From the NCBI GenBank assembly GCA_963667035.1, contig OY762964.1:2144001-2208000 (forward strand): a stretch of 64,000 bases of DNA. The letters run 5' to 3'. Shown here in pieces: positions 40,261 through 50,773 of the stretch. A program made the position numbers and the translations under genes. The notes below the pieces were generated by a model. The model saw nothing but the letters and a program-made list of their open reading frames with translations. It was not told the origin of the DNA and made no database searches. Numbering within the stretch: the first letter of the stretch is position 1; each line of letters starts with the position of its first letter. This DNA comes from Candidatus Cloacimonadales bacterium (lineage in GTDB: Bacteria > Cloacimonadota > Cloacimonadia > Cloacimonadales > JAFGVF01).

Positions 40261-41622
40261 TTATTTGTAGATTAACCGCGGATTCTTTATTTGTACGTGC
40301 CACTCACATTCTCCACGAACCTTGCCTCCGAAAGTTACATTCTCACCCCAGTAGATAGTTAACAATCCCGAGCTTTTATTTATGTACGAACTATCTATTA
40401 CTTCAAGATCCATGTTATAGTTTGTTCCGAGACAAATCATAGCTATTTGAGCACCATCTTCTCCACCGGAATCAATAGCCTTTTGTATTATGTCTTCATT
40501 CTCGGACTTGTAGTTTTTGATTTTGTTATCTTTAATTGTTAGGATTGTGTTCTCAATCTTTTCTCCGAAAGCATACCCCAACTTACTTTTAATGTTACCC
40601 TTAATTGATCCGGGCTTAGGTATAATCAGAATCTCTCCTCCGGGGAAGTTGATTGTGGGACTTTGTAAAGGGTCATCATTAAATGAACCGAATTCTCCGA
40701 TGACTTTTTCTATTTCAAGACTTAGAGTTTCACCCTCTGATTCTATCTCTAAAAATCTTGCTTCCTCAATTTTATAGCATATCTCTTTTGTTGTGTTGTA
40801 GAGTCTGGAGTAATCGATATCAAGTGCTTTCCAGAAATTAATCTCTGATACTACATTATGTTCGGAAAGTGTATCTTGAATCAATCCCGGCATAATCGCC
40901 ACTTTAATCTTCTTCTCCTGAAGTATACTTCTACTCACTCCGTAAGCCCTATTCCTGATTTCTATCTTCTTCTTATCATCCAATCTGACATATCGTGCTT
41001 CACCATTCAGATTTAAGTAGAAATTCTGCTTCTTTAGATTGCGATTAAAGCTGTCATAGTGATGTTTAAAAGCAGATAGCGAATAAACTTCGTTTCTCTC
41101 TTTAATTAATTCGATGTCCTGATAATCGAGTGTAACAACAATCCTTCTTCTTCCTGCTTCCTGAAGTAGTTTTTCAACAAACGGAAGATTAAACTTACCG
41201 GTTACTACCATCAATTTCTGCCCAGGTTTGATTTTGAGGCTTTCATCCAACAGCTTAGCTGCAATTCTGTTCAAATTAATGTCGTAGTTGTTCTCAAGAA
41301 TGGATTGGACAATCTCTCGATTGTTTAAACAAAGATTCTCGGTATTCACTCCCATTGAAAAATCTAGAATGTAGTTCTTTGCTTTTACATTATAATAGAC
41401 CTCTTTACTTCCGGGAGTATCTTTTACTATATCAATAAGGTCTTCATCGTAAAGACACTTAAGATTATAGTGCATTTTCTGCTTGGTAATCCCGAAAATA
41501 TCAGCCAACTGCTGACAAGTGGCAGGATTATGAAATAACTCATTTATAATCTCAAACTTGAGAGAAGACCCAAGCTCTCTGATCTGGGAATGTTTATTAA
41601 CAATAAAGATATTATTCAGCAT
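40261..41622 (-). CDS. Winged-HTH (ArsR-like) regulator fused to a degenerate M29 aminopeptidase-like domain
   Basis: N-terminal TCQQLADIFGITKQKMHYNLKCL; then LKIKPGQKLMV, NFPGGEI, CLGTN, WGEN..FGG. Confidence 0.7.
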   Translation of the reverse strand: MLNNIFIVNKHSQIRELGSSLKFEIINELFHNPATCQQLADIFGITKQKMHYNLKCLYDEDLIDIVKDTPGSKEVYYNVKAKNYILDFSMGVNTENLCLNNREIVQSILENNYDINLNRIAAKLLDESLKIKPGQKLMVVTGKFNLPFVEKLLQEAGRRRIVVTLDYQDIELIKERNEVYSLSAFKHHYDSFNRNLKKQNFYLNLNGEARYVRLDDKKKIEIRNRAYGVSRSILQEKKIKVAIMPGLIQDTLSEHNVVSEINFWKALDIDYSRLYNTTKEICYKIEEARFLEIESEGETLSLEIEKVIGEFGSFNDDPLQSPTINFPGGEILIIPKPGSIKGNIKSKLGYAFGEKIENTILTIKDNKIKNYKSENEDIIQKAIDSGGEDGAQIAMICLGTNYNMDLEVIDSSYINKSSGLLTIYWGENVTFGGKVRGECEWHVQIKNPRLIYK

Positions 41623-41984
41623 TCTTTCTCCTATATGCTCAGTCTATTAATTTATGACTATTATCTTTCATTTCTCAACACTCTTTAAATCACTTATGAT
41701 TCTATCGAATTTGCTATATTTCAATATTTATCATCATTATCAACACAAACAGATATTCATTCTACTGGATACTTGGTCAAGATTTTTTTTACCATTTCTT
41801 ATTTTCTGGCATCTCTTCTGCTGTTTAATCCTTGTGTTTTTAATCCAAAACTTATCCCTAACGCTTGCTTTTCGGGCATATCTAATGCTTTTGTGCATTA
41901 TAGTGGAATTGTAATATTAATTTGTATCAGATATTGTTTGTATTTATCTCTCTCTGGATATTATGAACATGCTATGCCCTCTTA

Positions 41985-42095
41985 CAATCCTCGGGACTCA
42001 CACGGGACTCTCTCGGGAATCACTCGGGGCTTTGCCCAAGAGATTTCCGAGATTTTCTCGAACAATTTCCGAAAGACCCCCGAGTATTTTGAGGG
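41985..42095. repeat. Dyad-symmetric 11-bp-periodic intergenic element, copy C (different unit)
   Basis: CGGG at 41992/42003/42014/42025 mirrored by CCCG-like motifs at 42035/42046/42057/42068/42079. Confidence 0.75.
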
Positions 42096-42247
42096 AATAC
42101 AAAGTGAGAACACTCTCTAGTGTTGATTTAAGAGGATAATATAAATTGTTTCTTTGGAAGTTATGATTATAATGAGAACATTAATGCATAGACGGGACAT
42201 CCGGCCTTGAAAGATTCAACTACGTATGTTGGGCTTGATCTAAGATT

Positions 42248-43660
42248 CTAGTCCGATTGTGTCAGCATCTCGTATATTTTTTCAAATATGTAGCCGCAAT
42301 GGATACGATTAGTGAGATCTACTTTCTCTACGTCTATTTCCAGAACAGGTCCTTTATGAAAACCATAGTGCAGGACATCGTTGTGATAGGTCTTATACCA
42401 TTCATTAAGGTTACGTATATCGGCTAAACTCCAACCGCCTTCAGTCTCCATTTCACGTCCACGTTGTTGAATTCTATTCCATGCAAGCTTAGGATTACCT
42501 TGGAGTATAATCATAAGGTCAGCCGAAGGAAGTTTGCTATTAACTTGCTTGAATTCAGTAATAAGTTGGTTTAGCTCGTCCGCAGTGAGTATCCCGTCTT
42601 TCTCAAACTGATAGCAGAACACCAATAGATCTTCTGCTAACGACCTGTCCTTTATATAACCGGCATCTCCACTCTTCCCTTTTAAACGTTGTTCACTTCT
42701 CATCCTAAGAAAATGTCTCTGCAACTCAAAACAATACTTTTTCTTGTTACCTAGAAACTTCTCAAGTAAGGGATTCTCTTCAGGAGCTTCGTAAAGCCCC
42801 TTTAGTTTTAATGTCCTTTCCATAATAGCAGTTAAAGTTGATTTTCCTAGCCCTACATTACCTGCGACCGTAATCAGCTTTGGATTAGAATAGAGGTATT
42901 CCTCAAGTTTTCTTTCACTATCAATGGCTTTCAATGTAGCTTTTGTTTGAGGAAGCCTGACCCATTCTCCCATTCCGGGTGAACTAACTCTAAGTTCAAG
43001 ACTCTTTATCTTTTCAGCAATCCTTATAATAGTCTCTTTAAGGAATACTTCCCTATTAAGGTCATTCCTCTTATTGGCATCAATAACCAAAACAGGACAT
43101 TCAACAAAACGATTAATGTACTCCTCATACAACTCATGGAGAAGTTTAAGATATTTAGGCTCAATCTGTTTCTCACTTTCACGACCACGTAACGAAATAC
43201 GCTCAAGTACGGTTTCTACATCCGATCTTAAGTATACAACTAAATCCGGAGGAGTAACTTTCTCGGTCATGAGATGAAAAGTTCTTGAATATGTTCTGAA
43301 TTCGGCTTCTGTCATATTACTGAGAATCTTCTGAGCTTTACCAAAGATGTGGTAATCTTCATGGAGTGTCCTATCTTCCAGAACTATCCCCTTACAGGCT
43401 TGCATCTTAATCTGTCTGTCCAACCTACCGTTAAAAAACTCTATTTGAGCCATGAAAGCATATTTTACAGGATCTTTATAGAATGCATCAAGGACAACCG
43501 GGTCAAACTCTTCTTGAAATGCAAAAACATCTTCGCTACAATCCTTCTCGGGATATACATCAAGTAAGAGCTGTTTTAAAGGTTCCGAACTGGCCGCCTT
43601 CACTAAAGTTGATTTGCCGACACCAATGTTTCCTACGATAGCAATTCTAATATTCTCCAT
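42248..43660 (-). CDS. Tandem two-domain deoxynucleoside kinase
   Basis: GNIGVGKST...EDRT...RGRESE and GNVGLGKST...KDRS...RGREME. Confidence 0.88.
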   Translation of the reverse strand: MENIRIAIVGNIGVGKSTLVKAASSEPLKQLLLDVYPEKDCSEDVFAFQEEFDPVVLDAFYKDPVKYAFMAQIEFFNGRLDRQIKMQACKGIVLEDRTLHEDYHIFGKAQKILSNMTEAEFRTYSRTFHLMTEKVTPPDLVVYLRSDVETVLERISLRGRESEKQIEPKYLKLLHELYEEYINRFVECPVLVIDANKRNDLNREVFLKETIIRIAEKIKSLELRVSSPGMGEWVRLPQTKATLKAIDSERKLEEYLYSNPKLITVAGNVGLGKSTLTAIMERTLKLKGLYEAPEENPLLEKFLGNKKKYCFELQRHFLRMRSEQRLKGKSGDAGYIKDRSLAEDLLVFCYQFEKDGILTADELNQLITEFKQVNSKLPSADLMIILQGNPKLAWNRIQQRGREMETEGGWSLADIRNLNEWYKTYHNDVLHYGFHKGPVLEIDVEKVDLTNRIHCGYIFEKIYEMLTQSD

Positions 43661-43661
43661 T

Positions 43662-44468
43662 CTACTTTATACCTCTTTTTAAACCTATAACGTAAGGTAC
43701 TCTTGCTTGTCTCTTGTTGTCAAGACCCATATATTTACCAAACTCGTAACTACCTCCATGGTAGACAATCCTTTCTCTATTGTTAAACGAGACAAAAGCA
43801 TTAGGACCCTTCTCAACAAGCATAAGATCATTTAGCTCAAGATTAAACTTCTTCATCAAACCGGGGATTTCAGATAATTGATAAGGCGGTCGACATAGAA
43901 TGAAGATAAGATTTCCCTCTTTGTCTTTACCTACAGCTGAGAAACTGGCAACCATATCGCTGTAGCAATTCAATTGTTTACCATTCCTGATTAAACCAAT
44001 ACCTTGTAGCATACATAAGTATTCATGGTCTATTTTGGATATATCATTCTCTTCTGCAAACCTGAACTCTATCTTGTTCTCAGATTGACCGTTACCTATA
44101 AACATCATCATATTCATATCGGGATTAGGTATATTCTCTATTGAGAAATCCTTACCTCTCAAAACTCCCAAAGACGTAACATTGTCATCATCTACCATAG
44201 CAGCATTAATTATGCATATCATATCTTTCTGCCAATGCCAATAATCCGAATTCACCGGATGAGAAGCTTTAAAAACTCCAATATTGAAAGATTCGGGATT
44301 AAACTTGTAAACATCAACCTCGTCATTCTCGGAGAAAGATTGTTTAGCCATTCTCATTTTTGAGTAATGTGCTCCATGCTCAACTCTTGTCCATACAGGT
44401 TCTTCTGACTCTACTGCAAAAATCATGGTTGTAATTGTGATTAATATTATCAGAATTATTGTCTTCAT
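43662..44468 (-). CDS. Exported protein, possibly phosphodiester glycosidase (NAGPA)-like
   Basis: Signal peptide; IINAAM, SAVGKDKEGNLIFI; catalytic motifs look degenerate. Confidence 0.5.
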   Translation of the reverse strand: MKTIILIILITITTMIFAVESEEPVWTRVEHGAHYSKMRMAKQSFSENDEVDVYKFNPESFNIGVFKASHPVNSDYWHWQKDMICIINAAMVDDDNVTSLGVLRGKDFSIENIPNPDMNMMMFIGNGQSENKIEFRFAEENDISKIDHEYLCMLQGIGLIRNGKQLNCYSDMVASFSAVGKDKEGNLIFILCRPPYQLSEIPGLMKKFNLELNDLMLVEKGPNAFVSFNNRERIVYHGGSYEFGKYMGLDNKRQARVPYVIGLKRGIK

Positions 44469-44826
44469 TTACCTACCCTTCAAGTTTTTTGCAAGGCTGA
44501 GAGATTGGTGGATACTTGTCAAATGGTTTATGGCAAAATGATTAACAGACAAACGCATTTCACCTTGTTTTTGATAAGATTTGAAAACCTATTAAAGTAA
44601 TACTTATACATGACTTCATAGTGAATAAGCTAACTGCTAACCATTTAAAATACAGTATAATTCTGATTAATCAAAGCTTTTAGATATTATTAACACTACA
44701 ACTAAATTTATTTAAACAAGTTTTCTTTATTTATGTTGCTTTATTATTGATTAATTACCTTTTTATTTGACATTATGTTTTTAATGTTAGTATTTTGTTT
44801 TTATCTTTATCAAAAAGGGGTATGAT

Positions 44827-47496
44827 ATGGCTAATATGGAATCAAATGATACTAATAATGCAAAGATAAATAATGATATTATTAGAATTTATGCTCATGA
44901 AGGGACAACTGTAAAAATAGAAAATGAGAATGAGGTAGGGAAATCAATTTTTACTGACATATATAAAAGAGCTCTTAGAGAAATAAACAATATCATTATC
45001 AATAATAAAGATGTTATCATGAAATCCAAGCACCGTGATATCTATTCAAATGAAACTAACTGCTATAATAATATAGTTGCGTTTGTCGGGGGACGAGGAT
45101 TTGGAAAGACATCCGCAATGCTGACTGTTGCCTCGATGCTAAAAGATGATAAGAAGTATGATAAACTTATTGAGTCCGGCTTTAATTATGGAGTAGATAC
45201 CAAAGATGAAATAAAATATAGATAATTCAATCACATAGGCATTATTGACCCGAGTCATTTTTCACGTAGTAGCAATATTATTGAAGTTTTTGTCTCCAAA
45301 CTTTTCTGTAGCTTTAAAGAAAAAATCTCAAAGATTGATACAAATATTGATGATGATAAAATTAGAAAAACGACAAAGATGTTTGACGAAGTGTTAAAAA
45401 ATCTAAAATCAATAAATCATCTAGAGAAAAAAGACTTCCTTGATTCTGATAACATTGAATTGCTTGAAAGCTTTAGTACCAGCTTGAAATTAAGAGATAA
45501 CTTAATAAAATTAGTAGAATCATATCATGATTTGATTTTTAAAGTTTCGAGTAAAGATATTGAATCTAAATTCTCTTTATTAGTTATTGATGATCTTGAT
45601 TTGAATACTAAACATTCAAGTCAGCTATTAGATCAGATTCATAAATATCTGATTATTCCTAATGTTATTATTCTTCTTGCAGTAGACTTTTATTTACTTC
45701 TTGATACAGAAAGCATAAATCAATACTCCCAATTCTCAGGACTAGAGAATCTGAAGGAGCAAGTGCTCTCAAATGAGATTAAAGAATATTATAATGTTTC
45801 AAAGAAGATTGCCTCTCTAGTACTAAAGAAAATCGTCCCTGAAACTAATAGATTAGTGTTACCGTCAATGAGAACGGATTTTTATAAAAAGGAAATAGGT
45901 TATTTTAAACAAAATGGCAAGTTAGAGTACTTAGCACCTGACACAATAGATATGCTAGAATCAATTCTTTTGCGTAAGTTAGATGTAAAAATTAAACTAT
46001 CATTGGATCATAGCTATTTCCTGCTTCCAAGAAATATTCGAGAGTTACATCAAATGATTGAACTATTAATATCACTTGATGATCCATTTTCAAGCAACGA
46101 TGCATTAGAAAAGAATGTTTCTATTTTCCTAGAAGTTGTCGTCTATGGTTGGTTACAGGATGAGCTCCCTGATGAATATGTAGCTTTGTATAAAAGACTA
46201 CTTAACAGTAACACTAACTATCTAAATAAGCAGGTTATAGAAGAAATAAAAGAACTGAAGATAATCTTTCTAGAAAAAGATACAAGCTTACAAAAGGATA
46301 ATGAAGGATTAAAAAAAGAAATCAAGTTAATTTTCAATAGCTTGAATAATCCGAGAAATATTTCATTTGGTGATGTAATGTTTGTACTTGGGAAAGTAAA
46401 AAACATATCTGGAATATGTGAGACTTTGTGGAAATCTATTAGATTACTCTATTCTCTAAGAATGAAAGTAGCAGAGACCAACCATGACTTTAAGAGTTTG
46501 CAATCAATTATCAATGGACAATTTACTAATCATAATATCCAATTAATGCCAAGAAGTAATAAGTTGAAATTAAGAAGAGATTACTTACAAATTGATAATT
46601 ACAAAGAAATACTTCAGGATGTAGCAGAAGATAACAAATTAGACTATTTATTGCAAAACTTTATAATCTATAGGGGTAAACAAGAAGAAGATTATCGCAC
46701 TGATGATGAGATTTTTTATAAACGATACGTACCTAATCAATATTCAAATGCAACATTCTATATTTTAGCTTTTTTATATTATCAATATGATTATGAATAC
46801 TTTCAGAAGCTAGATAGTAAGCTAAATCACAAACAAAAAGATATGAGTATTCCACCAATTCAGTTACATGACATTGATAAAGTTGATGCAGCCTTAAAAG
46901 AAGCAAAGAATAAGGTGGAAAAATCTAAAGGCCTAACAGACGCTCAGTATATAAAGCAATTTCTTAGTATATTTATAAATAACATGATTAGTCATGGATA
47001 TATAAAGGAAGATTACAATTTTATTGAAAGTGAAGAGAAATTCATTTTAAATATGTTATCAAAGCTTTTTATAGAAAAGGACGATAAACTTCAACTACTA
47101 TCAGAATACATGTCAATCTCATATAAGTTTCAGACAAATATCGGGCAAGATTTAATTGATTTTTCATCATCATTTAAGCCAAAACCTGATATTGGTGAAA
47201 AAACTATAGCGACATTGATAGAGTACCTTGTAAAATTGAAAAATTATCAGCCAAGAGAAGATACCTTAAGTATTGTTTCTCTCTACCAAAGATTAACAGC
47301 TACTAAGTTCAAGGATGTAAATCTAGAAACAGACTACATCTATAATTTCTTGAATTCATTAAGAAGGTACTTAATTGATGCTATATATGATAGTACTAAC
47401 TCTTATATTTATAGAGGTGAAGTTGTTTCATTAATTTCTGATTATATTTTTACTATTATCATGTTCTTCGACATCAATGTTGAGAAGAGTAGTTAG
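44827..47496 (+). pseudogene. rdrA: RADAR RdrA-like P-loop ATPase interrupted by one in-frame TAA (45223-45225)
   Basis: Walker A GGRGFGKTS, IDPS after the stop, Walker B LVIDDLDL, PRNIRE; both ORFs share one frame. Confidence 0.8.
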
Positions 47497-47499
47497 ATT

Positions 47500-50019
47500 A
47501 TGTTGCAAATCATATTGAATAGTGTGTCAGAATGGTTAAAAGGAATGTTTGATTCTTCAAACCAAACAACTACTATCAATGTAAAAATCCCTGCAAACTA
47601 TACTTTAGAGGTTTTTAAGAAAAAGTCCCAGTATTTCAATAGCTCTGAAAAAGATGATAAAGTTTCCATAGATATGTTTATTGAAGCTCTAAAAAAAGAA
47701 GCAAACAATACACTGCTGATTCGAAATGATGGAGTTGAAATCAAGATTTATGAAATCATAAATTGGACCAGATATTCATTAGAGATGGGAGAAGATATTT
47801 TCACTACAGCCCATTTAGCAAATCAGGATCTAAAGTGTCATAGAACAAGAGATTGGTTTCTATGGTCTGCAATGCTAGGATCAGATGATACAAGACTTAA
47901 AAGAATTCTATCAAAAGGAATGGCTGAAAACCATTGCCATTTAGGTGCTGCAGGTCCATGCTTTGAATTGAACTGGATTACTTTGATGAATAGACTTGAT
48001 AGTCACAATCAGATCTCCAAACAAAGAAAGAAGTTAGGGCTTCCAGAAGACTATACTGAAGAAGAGTTAAAAGAGTTGTTAAATTTAGCATCTTTATTAA
48101 GACTATATCTATATCAAGAAATCACCGACAAGAATTTAAAAGATGATACAGCTCTAGTTTCTAATTGCCTTCAGATGATTTTGAAAAATGCTTATGTAAT
48201 GAAAAGTGAAATACAGAGTATGATTACAACTTATTCCAGTCTTTATAGCCCGGAGCTTAAAGTAGCAGATGTACAAGGTCGCTTTGATTATGCAATGCCA
48301 AAGAAATACAGTAAATGGCAAGAAGAACCTTACTTTGTACTGGGTGGTGAAAGATACCTGATGTATCATTGTTTCAAGCGAATATATGAGACTAAGGAAT
48401 CAGATAGATTTTTGAGGTATTTTTTAGCATATCTGGGGATAAAGCATAGGGTAAGAAATCTGTTCGTACAACAACATGGAATGAGTGGATTTCAAAATTT
48501 TGCTGATCATCAAGGTAGAAAAGCTGTATTTCTTAACAATGATTTAGTGAAAAGATTGCATTACAGAGTCCCAATTATTGCATACGGAAATGATAATTCT
48601 ATTAAGAGCTTTGAGGCTAGAGAACCTTTTAGCAAAAAACCAATATCTATGGTTCTTGATAGCTATCATAAGATAACGCAAAGGAATCAAAGCTACACTG
48701 ACCGCTTCATAAAAGGTGAGGACATGGAGTTCATCCCAGGACTCCATTTTGTCATGGCATTTAAGAAGAAGGCATATAAGCTTCACAAAAGCGATATGGT
48801 AGAACGTCTTAGATGTAGACATGCAGATAAAAGGTTGGAAGTTAAGAAAGAAGCTAAATCTCTAGAGAATTACTTCTCCGGATATAAAATATACAAACGC
48901 TACCCGATAACAGGAATTGATGCTTTAAGTGCTGAGCTTGAATGTGAGCCTGAAGTTTTTGCCCAAGCTTATCGATACCTGAGAGGCGAGTGCAATAAAT
49001 ACCATAAGACACTTCTAGATACTGAAGATAATGGGCATAGATTCAGGGCTACTTTTCATGTTGGAGAAATGTTTCTTGATATAGTTAACGGTTTACGAAC
49101 CATTTTCGAAGCAGTAAAATTCCTAAGACTAAAACGAGGAGACAGAATTGGGCATGGTATGGTGCTAGGTGTAAATCCCGAAGATTTTTACAAATCAAAA
49201 CCTTATATCTACTTAAGGCAACAGGATTATCTTGATAATATTGTTTGGGCACTACATATGATAAACACTTATAGTTTGAATGTTCATCATGCATTACAAG
49301 GGAAGTTAAAGACTGAATATCATAAGTACTACTATGAGCTCTATTTCGAAAAGTATAAAGATAATGGAAGTAATCTGCTAAATAAAGTAGTTGAACATGA
49401 AACCTACTACTGGGCTTATAAATTACGAGCGGACAATCCCAAGCACTACTTAGATATTGATAAAAAAAATACCAAGCCAAGACCATTGTGTGCGTGGGAT
49501 AGATACGACTTTTGCCATAAGAGAGTTGAGGATGGACTCACTAAAATCCCCAAAACAGTGTTAAAACTAATCCAGAAATATCATTATGATCCACAGACAA
49601 AGAGAAAAGGACGTAAAGTTATAAGAATACCCATTGATAATGAATATATTAACTTAGCCACCCTAATTCAGAGAGAGATGCGAATAATGATTGCTGAGCG
49701 AGGTATTGGCATTGAGTGTAATCCAACTTCTAATCTAAGAATAGGACCATTTGATAGATATGACGATCACCCAATATTCAATATGTTTGCAATTGACGAA
49801 AAGTTTAAAAATGACTTTGATAAGAACTTGTTTGTATCTATCAATACAGATGATCCGTCTGTATTCAATACATGTCTAGAGAACGAATATGCTGTTCTTC
49901 TAGCCACCCTACAAAATCAGAAAGATGAGCACGGTAATCGTAAATACACCGATACTGAGATATACGAGTGGTTAGATCGTGTAAGAGAAATGGGATTAAA
50001 TCAAAGCTTTCTAAATTAA
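47500..50019 (+). CDS. rdrB: RADAR RdrB-like adenosine deaminase
   Basis: ENHCHLG, GID, TFHVGE, RIGHG, IECNPTSN, SINTDDP in an 839-aa protein 3 bp after the ATPase. Confidence 0.85.
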   Translation: MLQIILNSVSEWLKGMFDSSNQTTTINVKIPANYTLEVFKKKSQYFNSSEKDDKVSIDMFIEALKKEANNTLLIRNDGVEIKIYEIINWTRYSLEMGEDIFTTAHLANQDLKCHRTRDWFLWSAMLGSDDTRLKRILSKGMAENHCHLGAAGPCFELNWITLMNRLDSHNQISKQRKKLGLPEDYTEEELKELLNLASLLRLYLYQEITDKNLKDDTALVSNCLQMILKNAYVMKSEIQSMITTYSSLYSPELKVADVQGRFDYAMPKKYSKWQEEPYFVLGGERYLMYHCFKRIYETKESDRFLRYFLAYLGIKHRVRNLFVQQHGMSGFQNFADHQGRKAVFLNNDLVKRLHYRVPIIAYGNDNSIKSFEAREPFSKKPISMVLDSYHKITQRNQSYTDRFIKGEDMEFIPGLHFVMAFKKKAYKLHKSDMVERLRCRHADKRLEVKKEAKSLENYFSGYKIYKRYPITGIDALSAELECEPEVFAQAYRYLRGECNKYHKTLLDTEDNGHRFRATFHVGEMFLDIVNGLRTIFEAVKFLRLKRGDRIGHGMVLGVNPEDFYKSKPYIYLRQQDYLDNIVWALHMINTYSLNVHHALQGKLKTEYHKYYYELYFEKYKDNGSNLLNKVVEHETYYWAYKLRADNPKHYLDIDKKNTKPRPLCAWDRYDFCHKRVEDGLTKIPKTVLKLIQKYHYDPQTKRKGRKVIRIPIDNEYINLATLIQREMRIMIAERGIGIECNPTSNLRIGPFDRYDDHPIFNMFAIDEKFKNDFDKNLFVSINTDDPSVFNTCLENEYAVLLATLQNQKDEHGNRKYTDTEIYEWLDRVREMGLNQSFLN

Positions 50020-50021
50020 AC

Positions 50022-50537
50022 CTATTGCTTTAGCTCAGGACTTGGATATTCATAACCCAGAGATTCAAGACTATTAGTCTTTACATAAGTATCAGGACGC
50101 ATCCACTCTGTAGTTCTACCAAGAGCCGGAACTCCTATATAACCTCTTACATCCAGATTACCCTTATCGTTATAACTCATTTTACATTTATAAGTCTTAC
50201 CATTCTTAGGGTCATAAATAGTTCCGCTCTTCCAAGTATCCTTCTTAAACAGAAAGTCCTTCATTATCTTAAGTCCTAGTACAGGATTACTTCTTAAGTT
50301 TTCTTGGGGATTGAATTTATCCATTTTAATAGTTCCCGGTATACCCTCTTTGGCATCAATGTACAAAGGTTCTTTTAACGCAACAATAGAAGCTTCATAC
50401 AAACCGTTTACCGATTTGATTTCAACGACTGAGGATGCATCCTCCGTTACCCAGTAACCAAGAATATCATCAGATGAAATAGCAGTCAAGAGCACTGTGA
50501 TAGCACATACAAGAATTAATAAGATAGTTTTAATCAT
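50022..50537 (-). CDS. DUF2147 family exported protein
   Basis: GTIYDPKNGKTYKC, VRGYIGVPALGRTTEW. Confidence 0.85.
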   Translation of the reverse strand: MIKTILLILVCAITVLLTAISSDDILGYWVTEDASSVVEIKSVNGLYEASIVALKEPLYIDAKEGIPGTIKMDKFNPQENLRSNPVLGLKIMKDFLFKKDTWKSGTIYDPKNGKTYKCKMSYNDKGNLDVRGYIGVPALGRTTEWMRPDTYVKTNSLESLGYEYPSPELKQ

Positions 50538-50773
50538 AAATACCTCCAAATGATTCGAGTTCATTTTCACTATAACTCTGTTCGTTTGACAAGTAATTTA
50601 TTAAGCACTTTAATATAGGTTATTGCGAAATTTGATTGTAACCTTTAAAACATAGCTTCATTATTACATCAAAGATGTAAGCAGATGCAGTCAAACTTTG
50701 AAAATTTTTATTGACATTTGGAATTTTACAAAGTTTGTGAAAAGGTAAAAATAATGTCATTTATGGAGTGTAT

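Noticed and set aside
41654..42120. 86-aa and 115-aa plus-strand ORFs
   Set aside because: Low-complexity translations of an AT-rich promoter region and element C
45223..45225. Programmed recoding (Sec/Pyl/alternative code) in rdrA
   Set aside because: The codon is TAA, the normal stop of many genes here; no recoding signal seen
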